Assembly: GCA_964620355.1 (NCBI GenBank) | Contig: CAZUIT010000001.1 | Span: 57,563 to 121,562, forward strand | Source: an uncultured Burkholderiales bacterium | GTDB lineage: Bacteria; Bacteroidota; Bacteroidia; UBA8524 | Direction of reading: 5' to 3' | DNA length: 64,000 bases | In this document: piece after piece, positions 1 to 9,646 of the stretch | Numbering within the stretch: position 1 is the stretch's first letter | Layout of the letters: each line of letters starts with the position of its first letter | The notes under the pieces: generated by a model | Told to the model about the DNA's origin: nothing | Database searches by the model: none | Seen by the model: the letters and a program-made list of their open reading frames with translations, nothing else | Translations under genes and position numbers: made by a program

Positions 1-551
1 TCTATGCCACCTGTACTCATAAATGGATGCTCGGACCAAAAGGAACAGGATTTCTCTTCATACGAAAAGGAAAATTAGAAGAAGTCACCCCCATTTTTGC
101 TGGCGCATATAGCGATGAGGGATGGAATTTGATAGATGGAAACCCGCGTATGGAAGGATGGGCCAAGACCGCTACACGTTTCTTCAATGGAACTCAAAAT
201 AGAGCCTTATATGATGGTGTTATTGAGACAATTAGCTTCCATGAAAAACTAGGAAAATCCAAAATTGCCTCCCGGATAAAAAGCCTCAACGATAGCCTCT
301 ATCTAAAACTCCTTGCTCAAGATCGCATTCGCGTGATTACTCCACAAAATGAAAGAGCTGGAATAGCAGCCTTCACCTTCCAGGAGCATGACTACATGAA
401 ATTTCAGCAATTCTGTATCGCTAGGAATATCATCATCCGAGTTGTTCCAGAGAATGAGGTGAACGCTGTGCGCGTGTCAACTCACATTTACAATAGCTTC
501 GAAGAAATCGACACCTTTGCCCAAACTTTGCACGATTTCGTCCATGACTGA
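1..551 (+). CDS. aminotransferase class V-fold PLP-dependent enzyme (cysteine desulfurase/SufS-like), 5'-truncated at window edge
   Basis: Frame 3 is open from base 3. The translation YATCTHKWMLGPKGTGFLFIRK matches the PLP-lysine region (HK-x-x-GPxG-xG) of class V aminotransferases and cysteine desulfurases. The stop is at 549-551. Confidence 0.7.
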   Translation, partial: YATCTHKWMLGPKGTGFLFIRKGKLEEVTPIFAGAYSDEGWNLIDGNPRMEGWAKTATRFFNGTQNRALYDGVIETISFHEKLGKSKIASRIKSLNDSLYLKLLAQDRIRVITPQNERAGIAAFTFQEHDYMKFQQFCIARNIIIRVVPENEVNAVRVSTHIYNSFEEIDTFAQTLHDFVHD

Positions 552-1602
552 TCCGAGTATTTCCTTTGCTGAACATGCGTATTCCTTTCAAGAGATCCTT
601 GATTATTCAGGAGAGGAAGAAGCCCTGCTTTTTTGCCAACAATGGCTTGGCGGACAAGACCGTTTTGAGGTGAAGACCTCAGGATCTACGGGAAAACCTA
701 GAACAGTTACCCTTTCAAGAAACCAAATGTTGGCAAGCGCAAAGGCAAGCGCCGCAGTGCTTCAACCAAAGGAACGTGATTACCTCTTCTTAAGCCTAAG
801 TCCAGCCAGTATTGGCGGAAAAATGAGCTTGGTACGTGCCTTGGAGTGGCAGCTTCCTATCCATATCATCCCAGCTACCGCCCAACCTTTTGACCAAATT
901 CCTGAGAATCATCCATACACAATTTGTTCTCTTGTTCCGCTGCAACTGCATGACATAATAAAAGACGAATCATCCAGAAAAAAACTCGAACGATTCCGCA
1001 TCATACTCCTAGGTGGTGCAGGAATTGATACCACATTGCATCAGGCGATACAAAGGATTTCACCTCTTGTTTATCATAGCTTTGGCATGACCGAAACTTG
1101 CAGTCATATAGCCCTCAAACGACTGAATGGCGAAAACCCACAAGCACATTTTCACCCTGTGCCTGGAGTAAAAATAAGCCTTAGTCTAGAACGGACCTTG
1201 ATGATAGAAGCCGACGCATCCATCCATAACCCGTTAGAAACAAATGACCTTGCGGTAATCCATGCCGACGGATCCTTTGATATTCTTGGTAGGAAAGACC
1301 ACAGTATCAATTCTGGTGGTATAAAAATTCAGCTCGATGAAATGGAAAGGCTATTTGCTGAAGTGATTCCCAATTCGCTGTATTTCTGTGCGGGAATTGC
1401 AGACGAAAGACTTGGCGAGAAGCTTGTAATCTTTATCGAGGGTGACCCATTTCCAAGTGATGAAGTCATGCAAGCGTTAAAAGCCTTAGCCCCTGCATAC
1501 AAAGCGCCCAAAGCACTTATATTTGTGCCCCGATTTAGCCGAACTGCTACGGGAAAAATTGATCGAATAAAAATAAGCCAGCAATGGGCAAAAACAAATT
1601 AA
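544..1602 (+). CDS. short AMP-binding (adenylate-forming) enzyme, O-succinylbenzoate-CoA ligase (MenE)-like
   Basis: A TSGSTGKPR P-loop-like AMP-binding motif is present, and a C-terminal ATGKIDR fits the acyl-CoA synthetase fold. The start is probably ATG 544 (MTDPSISF), which overlaps the upstream stop as ATGACTGA. The length (about 350 aa) is typical of the short MenE-like proteins of Bacteroidota. Confidence 0.6.
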   Translation: MTDPSISFAEHAYSFQEILDYSGEEEALLFCQQWLGGQDRFEVKTSGSTGKPRTVTLSRNQMLASAKASAAVLQPKERDYLFLSLSPASIGGKMSLVRALEWQLPIHIIPATAQPFDQIPENHPYTICSLVPLQLHDIIKDESSRKKLERFRIILLGGAGIDTTLHQAIQRISPLVYHSFGMTETCSHIALKRLNGENPQAHFHPVPGVKISLSLERTLMIEADASIHNPLETNDLAVIHADGSFDILGRKDHSINSGGIKIQLDEMERLFAEVIPNSLYFCAGIADERLGEKLVIFIEGDPFPSDEVMQALKALAPAYKAPKALIFVPRFSRTATGKIDRIKISQQWAKTN

Positions 1603-2315
1603 AGCGCTTCGCCGAGATGAAAAATTTCGGCAATACTTATGAGTTTCCTGAAGACATGCAAGGCACCTGGCATAAGGAAGTCTTCAAAAACGAAAACCCA
1701 ATAATCCTTGAACTCGCTTGTGGTCGCGGAGAATATTCCGTAAACCTTGCCAAGTTTTTTCCAAAGGCCAATATCATCGGTGTCGACATCAAAGGTTCGC
1801 GATTATGGCGGGGAGCAAAATCGGCCATTGAAGAGGAACTACATAATGCGGCTTTCCTAAGAACTTATATCGAACGCATTGGCACCTATTTTAATCCAGG
1901 TGAGGTAAGTGAGATATGGATTACTTTTCCCGACCCACATCCTCCGGCAGGAAAATCTAAAAAACGTCTTAGTTCCTTGCGATTTTTGAAAGAGTATACC
2001 CAAATTGTGAAAGACGGCGGCATCATCCATCTTAAAACAGATGATCAAATGCTCTATCATTTTACCAAGGCAGGTGCACTGGCCCTTGGTATGGAAATTC
2101 TGGAAGATCAAACAGACGTAGTAAACGACTGTGCCAACAACGAATTACTCAGCATTCGAACCACCTATGAGACACGTTGGATAAGCGAAGGCAAGAAAAT
2201 AACCTACCTTAAAATGAAGCTAGATCATGCGCTGTTTCAAAAAGAAAATTTTGAGAAAGCCAATGCCGAAATTCAAGAATGGTTGACCATTCATAATGCA
2301 CCAAAAGCACCCTAA
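1584..2315 (+). CDS. trmB: tRNA (guanine46-N7)-methyltransferase
   Basis: LELACGRGEYSVNLA matches the SAM-binding motif. The FPDPHP / KKRL motifs and the protein length are typical of TrmB. The gene overlaps the upstream gene by 19 nt. Confidence 0.85.
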   Translation: MGKNKLKRFAEMKNFGNTYEFPEDMQGTWHKEVFKNENPIILELACGRGEYSVNLAKFFPKANIIGVDIKGSRLWRGAKSAIEEELHNAAFLRTYIERIGTYFNPGEVSEIWITFPDPHPPAGKSKKRLSSLRFLKEYTQIVKDGGIIHLKTDDQMLYHFTKAGALALGMEILEDQTDVVNDCANNELLSIRTTYETRWISEGKKITYLKMKLDHALFQKENFEKANAEIQEWLTIHNAPKAP

Positions 2316-2389
2316 TTATCGAAAGCCCGCAATAGAGCAGAAGTTCTTGCAGAAATTATTCTATTTTCGGGCGGTTGATTTAAATAAAC

Positions 2390-5300
2390 ATGATGTCATT
2401 CAATAAGCTAAATACTCTATTTGGTTGGTTAAGCTTTGCCTTTGCCATGGTAGTCTATGCGCTCACCATTGAACCTACAGGCAGTTTGTGGGATTGTGGA
2501 GAGTTCATTTCCGCGGCCTATCGCTTGCAAGTTGTCCATCCTCCCGGTGCTCCTCTATTTCTTTTAATTGGGCGCTTTTTCAGCCTTTTTGCTGGGGGAC
2601 CAGAAAATGTGGCCTTCGCCGTAAATCTTTTATCAGGAACGACCAGCGCATTTTGTGTGATGTTTACCTTCTGGATCACTACCTATTTTGCGAAAAAAGC
2701 TATCGTTGGCAATGAAGCCGCTTCAGGAGCCAACCTTATCGCAATTATCGCTTCGGGTTTGGTTGCAGCTGGAACACTTACTTTCACCGACACCTTTTGG
2801 TTCTCAGCAGTAGAAGCTGAGGTATATGCCGCATCCTCTTTCTTTATGAGTTTCACCTTCTGGGCCATCTTGAAGTGGGAACGCGTATCAGACCAAGAAG
2901 GATCCAACAAATGGTTGGTTTTTATCGCCTATTTGGTAGGACTGGCTATTGGTGTCCATCTCTTGAACTTATTGGTAATTCCAGGTATCGTTCTGGTTTA
3001 CTACTTTAAAAAATACGAATACAACCGCAAAGGACTCCTATTTGCCCTTGCGGCTGGCTTTGCTTTGCTTTTTACCGTTCAGCTATTCATCATCCCAGGA
3101 ATCCCAAGCTTGGCGGCGAAAATGGACGTGATGTTTGTCAATAGCTTCGGACTTGGCTTCAATTCTGGCGTAATCTTCTTTGCCTTCCTCTTACTCATTC
3201 CGTTAATTTTCGGAATTTGGTATACTCAGAAAAATGCAAAGGTCATTTGGAATACAGTGCTTCTTTCCTTTGCCTTCATCCTCATCGGCTATTCATCCTA
3301 TGCCATGGTGGTAATTCGTTCTAATGCGAATACCCCTATCGACATGAATAATCCGGATGACCCTTTGACCTTGGTTTACTACTTAAATCGTGAACAATAC
3401 GGTGATAGACCTTTGCTAAAAGGCCCGCATTTTCAAACAGAAGTGGTGCGTTATGAAAAAGGAAAAGCACGCCGCATTCGAGGTGAAGAGAAATACGAAA
3501 TCACCAACTACGATTACGAAACCATCTATGACCCGAGCGAAACCATGGTATTTCCGCGGATTTACGATCAATCGGACCCTGGTCACGTAGATGGATATAA
3601 GAGCTGGGCGGAAATTCCAGAAGGAAAAACACCGAAAATGTCACATAACCTGCGCTTCTTCAGGAAATATCAATTGGGACATATGTACTTCCGATACTTC
3701 ATGTGGAACTTCGCTGGCCGCCAAAATGATGATCAAGGAATGCGCCCTACCGATATCTTGGAGGGGAACTGGATTTCCGGAATCAGCTTCTTGGATGCCA
3801 TGCGCCTCGGACCGCAAAGCAACTTGCCTAGCGACATGCAGAAGAACCCGAGCCGAAATACCTATTACCTCATTCCTTTCTTACTCGGTATTATCGGAAT
3901 CGCCGCTCAATACAAAAAAGACAAACACGGAACCTTGATTAATGGGGTCTTGTTTATCGTGACCGGTGCATTGCTAATCATCTACCTGAATCCACCGCCT
4001 TATGAGCCACGTGAGCGTGATTACGTTTTTGTGGGATCCTTCCAAGTATTCTGTACTTGGGTTGGTATGGGTGTTCTCGGACTTTATATTTTCCTCAAGA
4101 AATACCTGAACGCCAATTCGGCCGTAGCTGTGGCTGCAGTGATTGGTTTGGTGGGTAGTCCGATGTTAATGGGCTCACAAAACTGGGATGACCACGACCG
4201 CTCAGGCCGTTATATGAGTACTGATTTTGCGAAAAACTACCTCAAGTCTTGCTTGCCAAACGCCATTCTCTTTACAAACGGAGATAATGATACTTACCCG
4301 CTGTGGTATGTGCAAAACGTAGAAGGCTACCGTACAGACGTGCGTGTAGTAAACTTGAGTCTATTGAATGCAGCCGACTATGTAGAAAGCTTGCGTCAGA
4401 CCCATTACGATTCGAAACCGTTCAAACTTTCATTTGAGCAGGAGCAAATTCGTACAGGACGACGCGACCGTGTATTTGTGATTGAAATTGGAAACAAGGA
4501 GCAATACTACGAATTGGCTGATGTCATGAAATTTATTGCGAATGATGAGGACCCAAGAGCCAAACGCCGTGACCCAACTGGACAGGTAGCCAATTTCTTA
4601 CCTACCAAGAAACTGAAAATCACCATCAATAAAGATGAGATTATTCAAAAAGGAATCGTGTCAGAAAAATACCGCGATATGATTGTGGATGAAATCCAGT
4701 TTGAGGTACCAGGAAAGGCTTTAACACGTTCTAGCCTCATCTTGCTCGATATCATGGCCAATAACCTCTGGGATCGCCCGGTATACTTCACCACCACCAC
4801 AGGAAGTGAAACCTATGCTGGCCTACAAGACTATTTCCAATTGGATGGATTGACCTACAAAATTGTTCCAATAAAAACAGTAGCTCAAGGCCGTGAGGTG
4901 CAAGCCCGTGAATATGGATTTATCAATACCACCAAAATGTACGACCAGCTTGTCGACTCCTTTACTTGGGGCGGTATGGAAGATGGGTTTATGTGGGTGG
5001 ATGATAAAATGCGCCTTGTTCCTCGTGTGATGCGTGGTACATTCCTAAGAACTGCTCGTCAGCTAGTGGCGGAAGGAGAAAACGCCAAAGCCATCGCCCT
5101 TTTGGATGAGTGTTTGAAAGACATCCCGGATATGAATATGCCTTTCGAGGGATATAATATTGAAATTGGTGAGGCCTATTATTTGGCCGGCGATAAAGAA
5201 AAAGGTGCCGCAGTACTCGATATCATCACCAACCGTGAGCTGGAGAAAGGCAAATACTTGCAACAGTTCAAAGGAAACAAATACCCGCAAGCTACACAGC

Positions 5301-5410
5301 AACTGAATTACGCGAAACAAATCCTTGGTGCTGCACAACAAATTGCAACACAATATCAAGACATGGAGAGCGCGAATGAATACGGTGCGATGCTCACTGA
5401 ATTGAACTAA
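2390..5410 (+). CDS. DUF2723 family polytopic membrane protein (TMEM260 / protein O-mannosyltransferase-like, GT-C-like) with C-terminal TPR-like region
   Basis: The 1006-aa product has an N-terminal 400-aa multi-TM region (WDCGEF..HPPGAPLF motif near TM1) characteristic of DUF2723 proteins, followed by a large soluble region. It is the first gene of a translationally coupled operon. Confidence 0.6.
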   Translation: MMSFNKLNTLFGWLSFAFAMVVYALTIEPTGSLWDCGEFISAAYRLQVVHPPGAPLFLLIGRFFSLFAGGPENVAFAVNLLSGTTSAFCVMFTFWITTYFAKKAIVGNEAASGANLIAIIASGLVAAGTLTFTDTFWFSAVEAEVYAASSFFMSFTFWAILKWERVSDQEGSNKWLVFIAYLVGLAIGVHLLNLLVIPGIVLVYYFKKYEYNRKGLLFALAAGFALLFTVQLFIIPGIPSLAAKMDVMFVNSFGLGFNSGVIFFAFLLLIPLIFGIWYTQKNAKVIWNTVLLSFAFILIGYSSYAMVVIRSNANTPIDMNNPDDPLTLVYYLNREQYGDRPLLKGPHFQTEVVRYEKGKARRIRGEEKYEITNYDYETIYDPSETMVFPRIYDQSDPGHVDGYKSWAEIPEGKTPKMSHNLRFFRKYQLGHMYFRYFMWNFAGRQNDDQGMRPTDILEGNWISGISFLDAMRLGPQSNLPSDMQKNPSRNTYYLIPFLLGIIGIAAQYKKDKHGTLINGVLFIVTGALLIIYLNPPPYEPRERDYVFVGSFQVFCTWVGMGVLGLYIFLKKYLNANSAVAVAAVIGLVGSPMLMGSQNWDDHDRSGRYMSTDFAKNYLKSCLPNAILFTNGDNDTYPLWYVQNVEGYRTDVRVVNLSLLNAADYVESLRQTHYDSKPFKLSFEQEQIRTGRRDRVFVIEIGNKEQYYELADVMKFIANDEDPRAKRRDPTGQVANFLPTKKLKITINKDEIIQKGIVSEKYRDMIVDEIQFEVPGKALTRSSLILLDIMANNLWDRPVYFTTTTGSETYAGLQDYFQLDGLTYKIVPIKTVAQGREVQAREYGFINTTKMYDQLVDSFTWGGMEDGFMWVDDKMRLVPRVMRGTFLRTARQLVAEGENAKAIALLDECLKDIPDMNMPFEGYNIEIGEAYYLAGDKEKGAAVLDIITNRELEKGKYLQQFKGNKYPQATQQLNYAKQILGAAQQIATQYQDMESANEYGAMLTELN

Positions 5411-6765
5411 TGCGTCGTTTGTACGACATATTATTAAGCAAAAGCCGATTGACCATAGGGTTGATCGGCTTTGTGTTTATAATACTCTTGGTGAACCGCG
5501 ATTCTTGGAGAAGGCCCGATGCCATCCGCCATGATATGAGCAGCTACTATGGATATCTCCCCGCTGCTATCATCTACCACGACTTGAGTTTATCCTTTGC
5601 CCAAGACCCTAAATTTGGCGACCAATACACGTGGACCAATCCAGCCGAAAACGGGCGTGTATTCCGAATGACAATGGGAATTGCTGTGATGGAGGCCCCA
5701 TTTTTCATCATCGCCGACACCTATGTCCAACTTACTGGAAAAGAACGAAACGCCTACACTCCTCCCTATTTCCTTTTCACCTTTCTGGGCACCCTATTTT
5801 ACCTAATTTGGGGATTGCATTATCTCTTTCTACTCCTTCGCGGACGCTTTAATCCAACCATTGCGCTGCTCACCTGCTTAGCCATAGCATTCGCCACCAA
5901 CCTCTATTATTATACCTTGGACGAGGCCTTGATGTCTCATACCTTTAATTTCTTTCTTTATTCAGCCCTGCTCTTTTATAGCATCAAATGGCATGATACA
6001 CCCAAGATTAGCCACGCCCTTAAGCTAGGAATCATAATTGGTTTATTGACACTTATTCGTCCTATTCATTCGATCGCCATCCTCATTCCTCTTATGTATG
6101 ATGGACACTTGAAGAGTAAGTGGCAACTTCTGCTAAAACACCCCACTCAAATGCTAGTAGTGGCCATTATATCCTGTCTCGTGGTATTACCACAACTGTT
6201 CTACTGGAAATATTTAAGCAATAATTGGATAGTGTATACTTACGGAGACGAACACTTCTTTTTTAATGATCCACAAATACTCCGCGGACTATTTAGTTTC
6301 CGGAAGGGTTGGTTCATCTATACACCAATCGCTATTTGCGCAGTATTCGGAATCTTTCCTTTGATTAGAAAGGACAAATCCCTCCTTCTTGTATTTATCA
6401 CACTCATCCCCCTCTATATTTACGTGATTTTCAGCTGGTGGTGTTGGTGGTATGGCGGAAGTTTCGGCTCACGACCAATGATCGATATCTTGCCATTATT
6501 TGCTTTTCCACTTGCCGCCTTCTTCTTTTGGCTCCAAAAACGATTAAAACTCGGGTTATACCTCGGGGTAGGAATTCTTTTCATGTTAAGCGCGTTAAAT
6601 AGCTACCAAACCCGTCAATACAAATCCACTCTACTTCACTGGGATGGTAGCACTTGGTCACTGTACCAAAAGATCTTCCTAGACAACCATTGGCCAAAAG
6701 ACTATGATTCCTTGATTGATCCGCCGGATTATGAAGCCGCTAAAGAGGGGAAACGGGATATCTAG
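5410..6765 (+). CDS. polytopic membrane protein, GT-C-fold glycosyltransferase-like (hypothetical)
   Basis: The 451-aa product has about 10 predicted TM helices. Its start overlaps the upstream stop as TAATG. The specific family was not recognised. Confidence 0.45.
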   Translation: MRRLYDILLSKSRLTIGLIGFVFIILLVNRDSWRRPDAIRHDMSSYYGYLPAAIIYHDLSLSFAQDPKFGDQYTWTNPAENGRVFRMTMGIAVMEAPFFIIADTYVQLTGKERNAYTPPYFLFTFLGTLFYLIWGLHYLFLLLRGRFNPTIALLTCLAIAFATNLYYYTLDEALMSHTFNFFLYSALLFYSIKWHDTPKISHALKLGIIIGLLTLIRPIHSIAILIPLMYDGHLKSKWQLLLKHPTQMLVVAIISCLVVLPQLFYWKYLSNNWIVYTYGDEHFFFNDPQILRGLFSFRKGWFIYTPIAICAVFGIFPLIRKDKSLLLVFITLIPLYIYVIFSWWCWWYGGSFGSRPMIDILPLFAFPLAAFFFWLQKRLKLGLYLGVGILFMLSALNSYQTRQYKSTLLHWDGSTWSLYQKIFLDNHWPKDYDSLIDPPDYEAAKEGKRDI

Positions 6766-6815
6766 AAAGAGATAGATGCGGGATATTCCGAATTAATTCT
6801 GTTTTTTGCTGAGGA

Positions 6816-7529
6816 ATGGCCTCCTTAAACCTTGTTATCCCTTGCTATAATCCACCAAAAAATTGGGCGGAAGATTTAATCGCTCGGAGCAAAGCCTTTC
6901 GCGACTACCTAAATGAAGACTTTTCCCTCATTCTAGTCAACGATGCCTCCCAAGAAGGAGTAGATGAAGCTTCCATTCAATTGTTAAAAGATAAGATACC
7001 TGGTTTTCAATTTATCACGTATGATAAAAATCACGGGAAAGGATATGCCTTGAGGCAGGGAATGGCCCATATCGATCAAGGAAATATTCTGTATACCGAT
7101 ATAGATTTTCCCTACGAATTCGAAAGTATGAAGGCCGTATGCGACGCCTTATCTGCAGGGAGTGATATTGCCGTTGGAACGCGAAATGACCTGTATTATG
7201 AAAACACACCTACAAAACGTACGCTAATTTCAAAATTTCTTCGTTGGATTCTTCGCAGGGTATTTCGCTTACCCATTACCGACACCCAATGTGGACTCAA
7301 GGGATTCAACCAAAAAGGCCGGGAGGTATTTATGCAAACCCGAATTGAACGCTTCCTCTTCGATATGGAATTTATTGCCCTCGCTAGCCGAAACAAAGGC
7401 ATTACGATGGACCCAATAGCGGTAAGATTGAGAAGTAATATTCAGTTTTCTAAAATGAATACGAAGATTCTTATCACAGAATCGGTAAATTTATTCCGGA
7501 TATTCTGGCTAACCCACTTTCGCAGATGA
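6816..7529 (+). CDS. family 2 glycosyltransferase (polyprenyl-phosphate sugar synthase / Dpm1-like)
   Basis: The N-terminus (VIPCYN..ILVNDAS..) and a DxD-like motif (TDID) match the GT-A fold. The 237-aa product is soluble. Confidence 0.7.
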   Translation: MASLNLVIPCYNPPKNWAEDLIARSKAFRDYLNEDFSLILVNDASQEGVDEASIQLLKDKIPGFQFITYDKNHGKGYALRQGMAHIDQGNILYTDIDFPYEFESMKAVCDALSAGSDIAVGTRNDLYYENTPTKRTLISKFLRWILRRVFRLPITDTQCGLKGFNQKGREVFMQTRIERFLFDMEFIALASRNKGITMDPIAVRLRSNIQFSKMNTKILITESVNLFRIFWLTHFRR

Positions 7530-9646
7530 GCTTTCTTAAAGCACCCTTTCTCTCCTTTGTACTGAGCGTTCTCCTGCTTAGCTTATTCTACCCTGCGGAG
7601 CTCAGCCAACCCAACTCCTACTATTTTTCAAACTCAGGAGATGGACAAAAGAACTACTATACTTTTGCCTATCATCAGCAATACGACAGCAGCTTTAGTC
7701 ACTTTGGCGGGATGGCTTATCCCTATGGCGAACATATTGTCTTTACCGATGGGCAGCCTGGGTTAGCGCTATTTGCATGGACCTTCTCTGGATTAGCACC
7801 TTATTCCATTGGGCTGATAAACCTATTTATGCTCCTTTCTGTTGGACTTTGTGCGTGGATCCTCTGCAAACTCTTTATTCGATTGGGTATGACACGCGGC
7901 GCAAGTTTGTTTGCGGCCCTTGCGATTGCACTCATGAGCCCTCAGATTAGCCGCTTAAGTGGCCATTATGCCCTCGCTTATTGTTTTGTGGTTCCTTGGT
8001 TTGTCTATGTCTCCTTTATTTATGCCGAGAAACCATCTCTCAAAAGGTCGGCATGGGTATTTATCGCCATTGCAGCCATAAGCAGTTTACACCTTTACTA
8101 TTTTCTTATGGCCGCTGCATATATTGGATTCTACTATTTGATAGAAGCCTTTAGACGCAAAAACCAACCTCTTTGGAAATATTCAGTCGCATTTCTTGTC
8201 CAGGTACTTCTCCCCTTTCTGCTCTATATGTTATGGATGAAAAGTACCGATATGGTGAGCGATCGTCCGAATATTCCGTATGGCATGTTGGAATATATGG
8301 CGTTGTGGGAAGGCGTATTTTTACCGTTCCACTTTTACCACGATTCTACCATTTTTCAGACATTGGGCGTACGTTTTGTCAATTCAGAAGCCATTGCATA
8401 TGTAGGTTGGCCAGCGACCATCTATTTTATCTATTTCCTTCTCAGTCGCCTGAAAGTATTCTTCTACAAAAAGAAAATGCTAACTCTACTGAAAAGCCAT
8501 AGCATCTTTTTCGCTGGTTTTTTAGTCTTTTTAATGGCAGCCACCTTGCCCTTTTTATTGAATACGCCTTTCGGTGAAAAATACGGTGGACCCCTGCTCC
8601 AATTCAGAAGCTTAGGCCGATTGAGCTGGGTTATTTTCTACACATTGAACATTTTTATGTTTGTTCAATTTGCCGGTACCCGAAAGCGTATTGGAATGAT
8701 AATAAGCACTTTGGCTACCCTTGTTTTAATCTTCCAAGGTTTACGGTATAATGCCGATTATAGCGATCGATTGGGACAAAAAATTCAACCTATAGCAGGA
8801 CAAGAACTTCTTCTTTCTTATGGTGACCATGTAATCTTTCCTCTGCCTTATTTCCATATTGGCTCCGAAAATATTAGCAGTCCAATCCCAGATGAATACA
8901 TGGCTGGACCAACGATGGCTTTAAGTCTTTCAAGCGGGCTCCCTACATTTGCCTCCATGATGAGTCGAACTTCATTGAGTCAGACTTTAAACCTTTTTGA
9001 GATGGCGTATAATTTATCTGGACCTTTGATGGAAGAAGATAAACCGTGGATGGTGCTCAAGTCTCCTTCTTATTCAAACAGGGTTTCATCATTGCTTCCT
9101 CCTGCCATTTTTTCTATAGATAATCTACAAGCCCATTCTGTTAAAGCCACACAATGGAAATCATGGAAAGAAAATCAACGAAGAGTTGATAGCCTGAAAA
9201 ATGACATGTTATACTATGCCTCTTTTGATGACAGAAACGCAGAGGGCTTAGCAAATAGCAGAGGGGCTGGTTTTACTGAAGAATCCGATTTGCTTTTGTA
9301 TGAAGGCCCTGGCTTTCAGGATACTGCCGACTTATCTATTTGGATCAATGCAAAAAATGATGGATTTCGATTCTTTCATATCCGCATAGAAAACACAAAA
9401 ACAGGGGAGAATTGGCAGCTTGAACCAGGAAGCAATTTTGATAATATTATGGATGGATTTGCTCGTGTTGTTATACGAAACCAACTCCTCAATTTTCCTT
9501 GTAAGGTTTCTTTATACAATAGTGGACCATTACATGTTGAATTTGTTGCTGACGAATGTGTGATTCAAAAAAGCAAAAAACCGTATCAATATACCTTAAA
9601 CGGGTATCAGTTTACCGAAGAATTTGTTTTTAAGCCGGTTCAATAA
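7526..9646 (+). CDS. large polytopic membrane protein with C-terminal soluble domain (hypothetical, GT-C-like)
   Basis: The 706-aa product has an N-terminal 400-aa region with many TM helices and then a soluble domain. Its ATGA start overlaps the GT2 stop. Confidence 0.45.
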   Translation: MSFLKAPFLSFVLSVLLLSLFYPAELSQPNSYYFSNSGDGQKNYYTFAYHQQYDSSFSHFGGMAYPYGEHIVFTDGQPGLALFAWTFSGLAPYSIGLINLFMLLSVGLCAWILCKLFIRLGMTRGASLFAALAIALMSPQISRLSGHYALAYCFVVPWFVYVSFIYAEKPSLKRSAWVFIAIAAISSLHLYYFLMAAAYIGFYYLIEAFRRKNQPLWKYSVAFLVQVLLPFLLYMLWMKSTDMVSDRPNIPYGMLEYMALWEGVFLPFHFYHDSTIFQTLGVRFVNSEAIAYVGWPATIYFIYFLLSRLKVFFYKKKMLTLLKSHSIFFAGFLVFLMAATLPFLLNTPFGEKYGGPLLQFRSLGRLSWVIFYTLNIFMFVQFAGTRKRIGMIISTLATLVLIFQGLRYNADYSDRLGQKIQPIAGQELLLSYGDHVIFPLPYFHIGSENISSPIPDEYMAGPTMALSLSSGLPTFASMMSRTSLSQTLNLFEMAYNLSGPLMEEDKPWMVLKSPSYSNRVSSLLPPAIFSIDNLQAHSVKATQWKSWKENQRRVDSLKNDMLYYASFDDRNAEGLANSRGAGFTEESDLLLYEGPGFQDTADLSIWINAKNDGFRFFHIRIENTKTGENWQLEPGSNFDNIMDGFARVVIRNQLLNFPCKVSLYNSGPLHVEFVADECVIQKSKKPYQYTLNGYQFTEEFVFKPVQ

